DNA of 64,000 nucleotides from Squalus acanthias (lineage: Eukaryota), in NCBI GenBank assembly GCA_030390025.1, contig CM059438.1, positions 62,932,001 to 62,996,000 of the forward strand, written 5' to 3'. The position numbers were made by a program, and so were the translations under genes. Below the pieces are notes generated by a model that was given only the letters and a program-made list of their open reading frames with translations, was not told the origin of the DNA and ran no database searches. Positions 1 to 12,725 of this stretch are shown piece by piece. Position 1 is the stretch's first letter. Each line of letters begins with the position of its first letter.

Positions 1-10
1 GACACGAGTC

Positions 11-248
11 GGGTTCCCAACTCTGGTTGGATGTATTCCGGGAGGTTTCATTACCTGTTCTTCCACCTCCAACTGCCCCGCCCAGTCAAACAGCCTTTTA
101 TGCCATCCTCAATATTTTTATAGCTCATAAACAAAACGCTCAAATGAAAATGAAAGAAAAGACAATTTTTTTTTATTGCCCCTATGATTTTCTCCTTTGT
201 TGCTCGCTGCAGTGTCCAGGAGATTAATCCTGGAGGGTTGGTAACACC
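11..248. mobile_element. Degenerate short MITE with GGGTTGCCAAC-like terminal inverted repeats
   Basis: gggttcccaactct at 11 and agggttggtaacacc ending at 248 form an imperfect inverted pair. Confidence 0.45.
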
Positions 249-3200
249 AAGTAAGGGCGTGGCTTGCAGCTGATGGTTGTAAACTGCTGTTTTGATTTCA
301 GAGGTTTGAACTGATCTGAACTGAAGTATCTTTAGTTTATTGCCTCGTTGTCGTATCCAGATACCTGTTTTCATCTTCCAGATGGTACAAGTGTGACTGC
401 CAGTGGATTCCCCAAATTTTGATACGCGTTGCACAGTTTTGACTGATCTACAGGAGACCAAACTCCATTGGGCTCACCTTGCCTGAGTGATTTGTGGAAA
501 ACGAATTTCTAACCTCCTGTTAACATTGCAGGCTCGAGTGTGGAGTTTGGTGCTGTTACGGGTTTCCTCTCTCTTGGAAGTTCTTTCTGCGCAAACCTGC
601 TGCTGCAGTACACATTGGCGAGCCCCCGCTGCCTGTTCATTGTCGCTGTGTCTGTAATTCCAGTCAAGTCAGCGTAGTGTTAATATGAAGCAACTTTGTA
701 TTTCACCTCTCGTCTGCAGGCAGTTGGGATGCAGATCTGATTGCTCGTTGGAGCCGAGTGCCCCCTGTTGGTTAGAATCTAAGTGGGTTGTAGGCTTCAC
801 TTTCAGCCCACCCTTATTAGCGCATTATTGCACAACCTGTTCGTTGCAGCTGGAGCAGATAGGGTGACGGGCAGCTCAAGCCCACTATAATTTTGCACGC
901 TCCTTGCATTTGAGATTCTCAGCAGCCTTCTATTGAGGCTGCTTAAAATGAATACTTTTATATTAAAAAAAAGTTTGGGTCTTGGATTTTTTCTATTCCT
1001 GTTTTTCTTGCATTAAAGCATCGTTTATAATGGGTCAGGGCATTGCTTATTGAGCGCTTACCAACAATCAAGAAATGACAATAGGGAAGGGGTTACCTGG
1101 AGCTTGGGTACGAGACCGTGCGGCCATATATCCGAGGGTTGGTTCCTGCTGTAATTGGATTGCAGAAAGACGGGAACCTGGTGCTGATGCTCCACACCTT
1201 CACCTGGCGATACTGCTGCTTAGTGGGGTATGGTGTGTGTGTAGGGGTGTGGTGACAATATATTCACACTTTTTAATATAATGGGTTGTGCTGCTCATCA
1301 GGTTGCCCAGTTTGCAGGTCCCGGTCTAGTGAGGGTTAAAACCTTTTGTTAGTCAGTGGTCTAACCCGATGGTAACTGTCTTCCTTGGGGAGAGGCCAGC
1401 AGGATTTCTTTGGGATTGAGTTGACTCTGATGTGGCACACTGGCTGATGGAGCAAGTCAACCTTCTGTGGAAGACCCAGTAATCCAGTGCCTAAGCCAGA
1501 CAGGCTCACAGTACTTGACGGCTCTGTTTATCATTGACAGGACTTGTAGGTCGGTCCCTGGGATTCTTTCTGCCTGGCTCCAGATAACTCTGCATACCAG
1601 TGCCCTATCGGGTCGGGTGGCTGTAGCTGAGCAAGCACCAGTGTTCTGTGCTGGTGAGGCTTTAGCTGGTACACTCCAGCACACGAAAGAAAGAACTTGC
1701 ATTTATATAGCGCCTTTCACGACCTGAGGGTGTCCAAAAGCGCTTCACAGCCAACCAAGTACTTTTGCAGTGTAGTCACTATTGTAATGTAAACCGGTAG
1801 CCAACTTAGGAGGGGAGAGGTGTGGGGGGGTGGGGGGAGGAGATCTTGATGGTCCATTCAGGTGGAGATGGTAAGTTGGCTTTTCTGTGATGATGGCGGT
1901 TTCTTGAGCTGCCACGAAGATTTCAGTACAGTGCCGTGATGTGAATGTGAGGATGTCCACTTCAACCGTGGAAAAACACCCGGCAAGGACAATTATATAT
2001 TTTTTTCCTTCATAATTTGGCTCGTGTCTAGAGAGACCATTTTTAAGCTGTACAACAGTAGGGCGAAGTACTGGGTACTGGCAGTGGGAGCAATTTAAGA
2101 TAAGTAACGTGCATCACACAGCTTAAAAGTTTATTAGTTTGTGTGTGATTTTTCAATAGTGCGCTGGTACTAAATAAACCACCTCATACGACATCAGTGA
2201 ATTTGGTTTTTTTTCAGTGAGACTTTGTTTTCCACAGATGATATCTCCAGGGTCCAGGCTTCCGTGGATGCTTTAGCTCAGTACTTTTCCTGTTAGATGT
2301 GTGAAGAGTTTCCTTGGCAACACAAGAAATGGGCTGGTTGGGACAGCTCCAACGTCAGATACTTCCACTGTAAGTGGAGGGCTTGTCTTGCGACAGTCCA
2401 TCCCTGAGCTAAGCTAAGCTCTTCTTGCAATAAACCAGGGTAGGGGTGTACGACACTGCATTGCAGACGCGAGCAGATTATACTGAAGGTGCAATGCTCC
2501 GCAATATTAAAATAGGATTTGAAATTCTCAGACTCCATTAGTTCTGTGACAAAAATGTAATATTAATGAGCCCTGCAATTCCATTTTTTGGTAATGAGTT
2601 CTATCCAATGAATAAAAATGCAATTGCAGGGTTATTAATGTGCAACTACCGTATTTATCACAGATCTGCACATGAATTTTGAAAGCAAAATGTTGCTGTT
2701 GGTCCCGTTACTGTATATTGTAATCAAGTGAGTTCTTTTTCGACTGATGGTTGAATATCATTACTCAGCCCTGCAGTGATTACACTGCCTCAATGATCTG
2801 TTGGCTGAGAGCCATCAAAATCAACAGATGTGTTCCCAAAACTGGGTCACCCTGTGCCCCACGAAATGGAGTCATTTTAAAAACCGTTACATAATCTCGA
2901 AGATCTGATGGCTTTTTTCCAAGTCAGTGGACCTTTGCTTGGTGCGCTTTAACATCTGAGATTTTTGGGTGTGTTTAGACTACACTTGCTGTATCTGCGA
3001 AACGGTTCTCAGCTTAACACTAATCCTGTAGTTATGATTTAAATGCAGTTAGAACCCAGCCTGACATCAGAGTGAGACTTCCTGGAAGAACCAGTTTAGA
3101 CTTCAACATCTGATTTACACAACACACATTTACCATTGGTGCAAAGCTGGAAACTCTGCATTGATTCTGAAACTTAAGAGTGTAAATGGACCCTTAGATT

Positions 3201-3354
3201 AAATCGTTGCCTTATCATCACCCCCTAGCTACTCGTGAATTCTGAGACACATCAGCTATGGAACTACAGTAAACTGCTGTGAAATATCAACGGTTACTAA
3301 CTATAAGATGGGTGAGAAATCCTATCTTGGTTGCGGTGGTAAAGGCTAAGGGCC

Positions 3355-4240
3355 TAGACCTTGGCGTCCTATTTGACCCTGAGATGAACTTCCGACCCCA
3401 TAACCGCTCCATCACCAAGACTGCCTACTTCCACCTCCATAACATCGCCCGTCTCCACCTCTGCCTCAGCTCATCTGCTGAAACCCTCAGCCATGCCTTT
3501 GTAACTTCTAGACTTGACTACTCTAATGCTCTCCTGGCTGGCCTCCCATCTTCCACCCTCCATAAGAATATAAGATACAAGAGCAGGAGTAGGCCATACG
3601 GCCCCTCGAGCCTGCTCCGCCATTCAATAAGATCATGGCTGATCATCAACCTCAACTCCGCTTTCCCGCCCGATCTCCATATCCCTTGATTCCCCTAGAG
3701 TCCAAAAATCTATCGATCTCAGCCTTGAATATACTCGAAGCTTGAACTCATTCAAAACTCTGCTGCCCGTACCTTAATCGCACCAAGTCCTGTTCACCCA
3801 TCACCCCAGTGCTCGTTGACCTACATCCCGGTCCGGCAACTCCTTGATTTTAAAATTCTTATCCTTGTGTTCAAATCCCTTCATGACCTCGCCCCCTCCC
3901 TATCTCTGTAACCTCCTCCAGCCCTACAACCCTCTGAGATCTCTGCTCCTCCCATTCTGGCCTCTTGCGCATTCCCGATTTTAATCGCTCCACCATTGGT
4001 GGCCGTGCCTTCAGCTGCCGAGACCCTGAGCTCTGGAATTCCCTCCCTAAACCTCTCCGCCTCGCTACCTCGCTCTTCTGCTTTAAGATGCTCCTTCAAA
4101 CCCACCTCTTTACCAAGTTTTTGGTCACCTGTCCTCGTATTTCTTTGTGGCTCGATGGCAAATTTTGTTTGATAACGCTCCTGTGAAGCGTGGTGGGACG
4201 TTTTACTACATTAAAGGCGCCAAATAAATAAAAGTTGTTG
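3355..4240 (+). mobile_element. L2-clade LINE 3' fragment, interrupted by an antisense CR1 tail at about 3561-3737
   Basis: Translation LGVLFDPEMNF...[13 protein letters not shown]...[18 protein letters not shown] is typical of the L2 ORF2 C-terminus. Ends in an aaaggcgc...aaagttgttgt tail. Homologous to the L2 at 46978-49178. Confidence 0.85.
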
Positions 4241-5804
4241 TAGAAGTGGCAGGTCACTGCAGCTAATAATATTGCCTTCCAAAGGAGTGGCAGATAAGGT
4301 GGAAAAATAAATAGAAACATTGTGTTGCGGATATATTGGCCCTGACGGAGGTGGGGTGGGTGCGGGGTAGCGCGGGGAAAACCCCGCAAGACCGGGGATG
4401 TGGAGGCCCTGCCGATCTTCCGGCAGCACCTCATGTAAATAATCTTCTGCAGACTCCCGCCAGACAGGCGGCCAAACTGATGGCCTGGCTGGCAGATGGG
4501 AGTGCAAACAAATGGCAGGAGGCCCACGGGTCCCCGGCAGTCAGTAGAGGCTGAAGGCTCCCGGCTGCGATCGGGACTGGGGGTTGGGAAGTGGGGGGGG
4601 AAGCGAGGACATTGGGGCCGCCGTTGGGAGGCGGGAAGACGCAGGCTTCCTTGTGAGGCCTGGATGGTGTCAAATTTGTTGTCTTCTAATACTCCTGTGA
4701 AGCGCCTTGGGACATTTTACTACGTTAAAGGCGCTATATAAATACAAGTTCTGGTTTGTTGAGTAGTCCTGCTCTTCCGGGCCCACCAGGGGTGCTAAAA
4801 CGAGCTGAGCTTCAGCACTCGAGGCACTGCATGCCTTGGCCGCATGGCACCTCCCACCTTGGATCTGCTGCCAGGAATCCCACAGCACGGCCCTCCCCCA
4901 CTGACTATTAAATGTAAGCCGTGGCGCCGATGATATCATTCAACCGCGACTTGTTGAATGTTAATTAGGCCTTGGTCTGCCTCTTGCGGGTTCCTCGTCA
5001 ATGGCTTGATTTGTGTTTGTTGAATTTTAAATGGGCGGGAATGGGGTCGTGTTGGGGTCAGGTTGCTCGATCCCGATATTTTAAGTCTCCCGCCTATTGG
5101 GTGGGGTTAAAATTGCGTATGTTTTCTCTGCTGTTTGTTTCTTGGTAACAGGTAACAGGTATCATGGTGTAGAAGGGCATGGCTGTGTATTCGCTGCTGG
5201 AGTTGACGTTATCACAGGAGGCTGAAAATAGTGATGTAATCACGACAAGATTGCTAGAATTCATAGTTGCAAAATATTCCCCGGTACATAATTTTTCAGT
5301 TTTTTTTGTTATCAACTGCAGATACAAGTGCATTTATAAGGGAATGAAGAGCCAACTCTGTATTGTAACCTCAGAACAGAGAAACCTTGCTTGTTTACTG
5401 ATGAAGCAGTGTTGTGGAAAGATTGTCTATACTTGGAGATTAAAGAGGGTGTCTCATCAGGAGCCTATTAAAAGTGAAACGATTTGACATTTTTCATCTG
5501 TCTATTGTTGTTGACTTGTAGATTTTAGTTTTCATATCAGATTGCACAGCAGGATGTGGCTAGAGATGGCTGTAACCAGGAGTGATTTTTTCAGAGTATT
5601 GATCTTGGTGTTTGAGCCATAAGTACATCCTTATCGTACCTGGCTGGGATGAGTTACTTAAGCCAACATAGTGCGCGCAAAGATGGATCGAGTCATTAGC
5701 GCAGGGCACTTCAGTGTCTTTGGCATTCTAATGGTACTTTTTAGTATAATTTGTTGTTGGTGGCACATGTGTCGTACCCCTGCTGCCAACAGCATGTAGA
5801 CATA

Positions 5805-6035
5805 CGAAAATGATGGGCAGGAAAAGACTAGCTGGCCCATCAAGCCTCATGATGGCTGGTGCATCGTGACCAGACACTTCCTACTACCCCCCGCCCCACA
5901 CGCCCCACAGCCATGTAATCTCCTGGGAGAGGCAAGAAAAACCTCAGAGAAAAACCCAAGGCCAATAAGGGAATGAATACTCTGGAAAGTTCCTCTCCCA
6001 TCCTCTCGGACGATGGAAACCAGTCCAGGAGATCC
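5805..6035 (-). mobile_element. Interspersed repeat, probably a LINE (CR1-type) 3' UTR fragment; second copy at about 26460-26705
   Basis: Shares blocks with 26460-26705 (ctcatgatggct, ctgggagaggcaa, ggccaataa, actctggaaa, aaaccagtccaggagatc). Confidence 0.55.
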
Positions 6036-6629
6036 AGTCGAGAGCATAAAGGACCTAAATTGTTCAACCCTGAATGGCATCCAAGACCTGGATTTTCATG
6101 GGTTTTGGAAGCTGTTCTTTGAGGCTTTCATCGTCTCTATCCTGTTGCAACAGGATACAATAGAGAACAGTAGTACGCTGCAAGCTAAGATGGGGAAGGT
6201 GGCTTTAACTGTGCGGGTATGTTATTTCAGCTCCCTTATGCAGTTGGGCTCAGTTACACTTCCAGATAAGGTGTCACTTTTTTTTGGAGAGAATGTTTGC
6301 CTCCATGCTATAACTGAGTCGTTTTAAGGCATTGCACAGGACCATCCTGGGTGGCATCTGTCTGATGAATACTCCTCCCCTTTAAGTAATGCAGTGAAAC
6401 TAACCTCTGACAAAAAAAAATGGCAGTATTATTTCATCATACAAGCTGTGACATTGAATTTGATAGAGACCACTGTATGGAAAGTTTCCTCTGTCCATTT
6501 CTGTTTTAGACAAATTAATTTGGTCATGCAGAGTCCAGTTCCAAATGGCTGTTAGCCCATGGCACTTCATACTTTACTTTATGTCAGAAATCAATCTTTT
6601 TTTTCTCTCTCTTCCCTCCCACCCTCTTT

Positions 6630-6945
6630 TCTCTCCCCACTCTCCAAGATCTCTGCGCTCCTCCAATTTTGGCCTTTTGCGCATCCCCGATTTTAATCGC
6701 TCCACCATTGACGGCCATGCCTTCAGCTACCTAAGCCTTAAGTTCTGTATTTCCCTCCCTAAACCTCTCCGTCTCTTTACCTCTTTCTCATCTTTAAGAC
6801 GCTCCTTAAAACTTACCCCTTGCTTTTGGTCATCTGTCTTAATGTCTCCTTAAGTGGCTCGGTGCCAAATTTTGTTTGAAAATGCTCCAGTGAAGCACCT
6901 TGGGATGTTTTACTATGTTAAAGGCACTATATAAATACAAATTGT
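6630..6945 (+). mobile_element. L2 3' end / tail
   Basis: gattttaatcgctccaccattg...gttaaaggcactatataaatacaa, matching the other L2 tails in the window. Confidence 0.8.
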
Positions 6946-7780
6946 TCTCTCTTTTTCCCCCTCTTCTCTCTCCCACTCCCCTTTCTCTCACCTTTTTTTC
7001 ACTCACTTCTCTTTCCTCTCCCTCCCTCTCTCTTTCCTTCCTCTCCCACCCTCTCTCTTTCCTTCCTCTCCCACCCTCTCTCATTCCATCCCTCTCCCAC
7101 CCTCTCTCATTCCTTCCCTCTCCCACCCTCTCTCATTCCTTCCCTCTCCCACCCTCTCTCTTTCCTTCCTCTCCCACCCTCTCTCTTTCCTTCCTCTCCC
7201 ACCCTCTCTCTTTCCTTCCTCTCCCACCCTCTCTCATTCCTTCCCTCTCCCACCCTCTCTCATTCCTTCCCTCTCCCACCCTCTCGCTTTCCCTCCCTCT
7301 CCCACCCTCTCGCTTTCCTTCCCTCTCCCACCCTCTCGCTTTCCTTCCCTCTCCCACCCTCTCTCTTTCCTTCCTCTCCCACCCTCTCTCTTTCCTTCCT
7401 CTCCCACCCTCTCTCATTCCTTTCCTCTCCCACCCTCTCTCATTCCTTTCCTCTCCCACCCTCTCGCTTTCCCTCCCTCTCCCACCCTCGCGCTTTCCCT
7501 CCCTCTCCCACCCTCGCGCTTTCCCTCCCTCTCCCACCCTCGCGCTTTCCCTCCCTCTCCCACCCTCGCGCTTTCCCTCCCTCTCCCACCCTCGCGCTTT
7601 CCCTCCCTCTCCCACCCTCGCGCTTTCCCTCCCTCTCCCACCCTCGCGCTTTCCCTCCCTCTCCCACCCTCGCGCTTTCCCTCCCTCTCCCACCCTCGCG
7701 CTTTCCCTCCCTCTCCCACCCTCTCGCTTTCCTTCCCTCTCCCACCCTCGCGCTTTCCCTCCCTCTCCCACCCTCGCGCT
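6946..7780. repeat. Pyrimidine-rich tandem repeat (units of about 22-26 bp, e.g. ccctctcccaccctcgcgctttccct)
   Basis: Directly visible periodicity. It begins at the L2 tail and generates the low-complexity 392-aa and 231-aa ORFs. Confidence 0.95.
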
Positions 7781-8225
7781 TGCGCCCACACACGCCAGTG
7801 GTTGGTTTTCGTTTTCCTTTAACTTCATACGCCAAGCAGTGTTCCTACATTGGAAGGGTGGGCACCAATGTTGGAGGTCCCCACAGGCAGATCACCACCT
7901 GCTGCCGCGCAGCAAATTTAAAAGGGCTACGCACCAAAAAAAAATGAGGGGGAACATTGGCGGGCACTCACCTGGTCTCGAGCTTATTCGTGGCTGTGGT
8001 TGGGTTGTCAGGATGGCCAAGAGGTTGACTCTGCCTCTTTCTTTCCACCCACCTCTCTCCACACAAACAATGTGCTAAATACTTGATTTCCACTTGCCAC
8101 CTTCCACTATCAAGCCCTGGTTTTGACCACAAAACCGTGCGCTAACTACTGTAGCACAATTAATTTAATGCTTTAGCAGTATTTGTAGGAACAGCCTATT
8201 CAGCTCCCTGTCATAATGTTGGCCA

Positions 8226-9020
8226 TGATGCGGAGATGCCGGTGTTGGACTGGGGTGGACAAAATTGAGAGGTCGCACAACACCAGGTTCTAGTCCAACA
8301 GTTTTATTTTAAATCACAAGCTTTCGGAGTTAAAACTCCTTCGTCGGGTGAAGTGAGGAGATACAGAATCGTCAAAGCATATATAGATAGAGAACAAAGC
8401 ATGTGTAACTTACAATTGCAGACAACTGAATTCAATCATCCTGACTCTTTATCTGCCGAGGTGTGATAAAGTTAATCAGGTCAGGAAGGTACCACATCAA
8501 AGACATAGCAAGATACAACTGAGACAATGAGGTGGAATCGCATGGGGTCGAACGTGTCAAAAGCTGCCGTCTGTATGTAAAACGATTAACTTTAAAATTT
8601 TTACTTTTTTACTGGGAATCACATCTGTGAACAAGCCAACGACGACTCGAGTCCGGATCACGTCATGTATCGTGACATAAACCCAAGATCCCGATTGAGA
8701 CCGTCTTCATGAGCCAAGTTCCGCACTCATGAAGACGGTCTCAATCGGGATCTTGGGTTTATGTCACGATACATGACGTGATCCGGACTCGAGTCGTCGT
8801 TGGCTTGTTCACAGATGTGATTCCCAGTAAAAAAGTAAAAATTTTAAAGTTAATCGTTTTACATACAGACGGCAGCTTTTGACACGTTCGACCCCATGCG
8901 ATTCCACCTCATTGTCTCAGTTGTATCTTGCTATGTCTTTGATGTGGTACCTTCCTGACCTGATCAACTTTATCACACCTCGGCAGATAAACAGTCAGGA
9001 TGATTGAATTCAGTTGTCTG
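8226..9020. mobile_element. Penelope-like retroelement remnant with a 295-bp inverted duplication
   Basis: Arms 8419-8713 and 8726-9020. The centre reads AKFRTHEDGLNRDLGFMSRY, resembling the C-terminus of a Penelope GIY-YIG ORF. TSD-like taatgttggcca (8214-25) and taatgtttgcca (9021-32). Same terminus (tgatgyggagatgccggtgttggactggggtggacaaa) as the element at 54727. Confidence 0.8.
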
Positions 9021-9809
9021 TAATGTTTGCCAGCATGGCCTTTGTAGCCTGTGGTTGTTGGAATGACAGTAGCCTTTGTGTTATCTCAAAGTAGTGTGAA
9101 TTGCCTATTCAGGATGACGTCAAAATATCGCTGTTCGTGCACCTTCAGGTGGAAAATAGTAACTTGGAGTTTCTGAATTCTTTTTATGTCTTCTGCCATG
9201 AGTCAGCTGAGATTTTGATTCATATTCTAGTGGGAGAGTTATGTAAACCACACCAGAGACGGTGTCTTCATTTTTTTTCCAAATACCGCAATACGTATTG
9301 CTGTAATATGCAAGACCTTATGTTGGATGGTACTCTTTCTTGAGCCCTGCAACACGCTAGCGCTACAAAGGGCAAAATCATCTTTGACCATTTCGTCATC
9401 CTAATGGTCTTTAGTTTCTATGGCAACAAGTTCCGAATAAATCTAGTTTGTAGCATCAGGGGTGTCCACATTATAACTTAGAAACTTTCTCGCTGTCGTT
9501 GCGACTTAATCACTTCTTGGTGTGTAGATCCCTATTGTTCCTCCATTTTTGAGTCTGCTTCAGATTTCTGTTAGATAAGACAAAGTCAGAGTTTGGGAAA
9601 TGTGAGAGACAGAAAAGGTTTGCTTTAGGGAGACCAAACAAGCACTATCATTGCATATTCGATGTCTAACGTGAGATTATATTGGAACGAGAAGAATGCT
9701 ACTGTTCAATATGAGTCTGTCATTTACTTTGTGTCATTCTGTGGGAGGTGATGAACTCCGGTCCCGAAAATGCACTATTCACCCAAGAAAGACGCCGTTA
9801 ATACAACTC

Positions 9810-10130
9810 TACAACAACAACTTGCATTTATTCAGCGGCTTTAACGCAGAAAAACGTCCCAGGGCACTTCACAGAGGTGCAATTCGGCAGAAATTGACAC
9901 GGAGAGAAGGAAGAGAGGGATGACTAAAAGCTTGGTCAAAGAGCTGAACTTTAATGGAGGAGAGGGAGGTCGAGAGGTTTAGGGAGGGAATTCTGCAGCT
10001 TAAGACCTAGACGGCTGAAGGCACGGCCGCCAATGGTGGGAAGGGGGAAATGCACAAGAGGCCAGAGTTAGAGGAATGAATAGTTCTGGTGGGGAGTGGG
10101 TTGTAGGGCTGGTGGATGTTAGAGAGATAG
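9810..10130 (-). mobile_element. L2 3' end / tail, antisense
   Basis: acaacaacaacttgcattta tail followed by the reverse complement of the L2 3' region. Confidence 0.75.
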
Positions 10131-11144
10131 GCAGAGTGGCATCTAACAAATCTGCGTTTTGGTAGTTTAGTATGTAACGTGCAGCTCAGCCCCACCCCAC
10201 CGGCTGTACAGAGGGAGCTGATCTCAGCTGGGAAGGGAAGAATCGGCCTGGGATTCCGTTCCCAGTGGTGGTCCAATGTCTCCACGGCCAGGATTGGTCT
10301 GGACTGCGAACGCCCCTGTGGTCGAATAGCCTGCCGACAATCTCCGTCCAGGCTATGACGTGAAAAGTAACCGTTTAGGTGCAATAATGCAGGGCGCGTC
10401 GCACCTGCGCAACTAACTGCAAGCCACCAAGTCATGATCTTCAGGAGTGGAGGGGGAAGCAATTGTAGGGGCAAAATAATGTACCGGCCATTCTGCAATT
10501 GTGTGTGCATCTGTCCATCGCTGTGCATGAAGTCTCGTGTGTTGTGTTGTGGTGTCAGCGTCAGTAAAACACAGCTGCGCACCCTCATGTGGTTGCTGAG
10601 ATGGTCCAAAATGTGTCTGCAGTTATTCTCTTTCCCCGTGGGCCTTGCGTTGCTTTTGCATTTTTTCAAAATGCATGCACCTCATTTTTCACAAGTCATT
10701 AGAAAGCTGTTATTTTCCCTCTGCTAAATGTTGATGATTACAGTAAATAAAACTGATAAGCCAAAAGGCAGAAAAGAAATACGACACGGGTTCAAGCAAG
10801 CACCAGCCCCGTGAATGAAAGGCGCTCAGTTTATACCGGCTGGCTGAATCCAGAGATTAGGTTGCTGCCTTTAATCCGCGCTGATGGCATCATGCAGGAG
10901 GTCACTGTGACTATTTGTGGGTCTGTTGCTTCGCAAGATTTGATGCTTCCCACCAGTTCTTTTTATTAAAAAAAACCCCAGAATCGATTGAACCTTTTTT
11001 TTGGTGAATTTTCTTTGCATAGTGAGCCACGTTAATGCTGGGGAATGGAGTGTGTTCCTATTTCAAGCAGCCAGCCTCCGCATCAAAAGCTCATTCGAGC
11101 AAGCACTTTGCCACGACGTTATTCCTCAGCACGGACATCAGAAC

Positions 11145-11380
11145 ATAAGAAGTAGGAGCAGGAGTAGGCCATTCAACAAGATCATGGCTGATCCGAACCT
11201 AGACTCACGTCCACTTCCCTGCCCGCTCCCCAGAACCCTTAATTCCCTTATCGGTTAGGAAACTGTCTATCTCCGTTTTAAATTTATTTAATGTCGCAGC
11301 TTCCACAGCTCTCTGAGGTAGCAAATTCCATAGATTTACTACCCTCTGAGTGAAGAAGTTTCTCCTCATCTCAGTTTTGA
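11145..11380 (-). mobile_element. CR1 LINE 3' fragment
   Basis: Minus-strand RRNFFTQRVVNLWNLLP...FKTEIDSFL motif plus the aacataagaagtaggagcaggagtaggcc tail. Confidence 0.85.
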
Positions 11381-12225
11381 AATCTGCACAAGTGTGACAT
11401 ATTACATCAGCTGTCCTGCAGTCTGTCTGAGTAAGATTGCCACTATAGTGCCAGCTTAGGGACAGATGTTTGTGCTGTGGTCCAGTCCCCACGGGGAGCT
11501 GCGTTGGGACTGGCCAAATTCCCTCATGTAGAACTCTTCACACCGAAGGAGAGGTTTTCAACCTATCCATCCATGGAATGGATTTGAACCTAGTTCCCAG
11601 AGGTGACTGGCTAGTGTGCCGACACAGCACATCACCCAGCGTTATGATAACTCTCTTACGATAGAAATCATTTGATCTTGGTTGAACCAGACCAGAAGGG
11701 ATTATAGTTGGACTTGCATATCCAAATGCAGTGTAGTGAAGAGGTGCAATTATTTTGGACCTTGCTTGGCATTGCAGCCCCTTACTGTCCCTTTTTTAGG
11801 TTTTCAACATTCAAACGCTATCCATGGGGTTTACTCCCACCCACAGATTTTCTTTTTGCGTGGGTATTCTGTTGGATGTTTGAAAAGGTGGTTTGAAGTT
11901 ACCCCAACCTCTTGGGATAATTTCTTGTTGTCTCACCCATCCTGTACACGTGTCTCCTTTGTTGTTCTGTACTCTTGAGGTTCTTACCATTTCAAGCCTG
12001 TCAGTCGGTGTGTTGCGGAGATGATATCCTTTCTAACCTAATATCTGTTAACCTCGTCGGGATGATGGCTGATTTTAGCTGGCATTGTATGGTCATTGGC
12101 TTTTGTTTCCAATCTTAAGTACCCGTAGCTGTTCAACTTAGTCAGGTGACAAGGCAGTGAGCATTTGGGACATCCTGAGGTCGTTGAAGGCGCTATATAA
12201 ATGCAAGTCCCCCCCCCTCCCTCCC

Positions 12226-12725
12226 NNNNNNNNNNNNNNNNNNNNNNNNNNNNNNNNNNNNNNNNNNNNNNNNNNNNNNNNNNNNNNNNNNNNNNNNNNN
12301 NNNNNNNNNNNNNNNNNNNNNNNNNNNNNNNNNNNNNNNNNNNNNNNNNNNNNNNNNNNNNNNNNNNNNNNNNNNNNNNNNNNNNNNNNNNNNNNNNNNN
12401 NNNNNNNNNNNNNNNNNNNNNNNNNNNNNNNNNNNNNNNNNNNNNNNNNNNNNNNNNNNNNNNNNNNNNNNNNNNNNNNNNNNNNNNNNNNNNNNNNNNN
12501 NNNNNNNNNNNNNNNNNNNNNNNNNNNNNNNNNNNNNNNNNNNNNNNNNNNNNNNNNNNNNNNNNNNNNNNNNNNNNNNNNNNNNNNNNNNNNNNNNNNN
12601 NNNNNNNNNNNNNNNNNNNNNNNNNNNNNNNNNNNNNNNNNNNNNNNNNNNNNNNNNNNNNNNNNNNNNNNNNNNNNNNNNNNNNNNNNNNNNNNNNNNN
12701 NNNNNNNNNNNNNNNNNNNNNNNNN
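12226..12725. other. Assembly gap (500 N) inside a C/T-rich low-complexity tract
   Basis: Run of n flanked by ctccc repeats. Confidence 1.

Noticed and set aside
6900..8078. 392-aa ORF and overlapping minus-strand ORFs
   Set aside because: Translation of a C/T tandem repeat that lacks stop codons; no splice or domain evidence.
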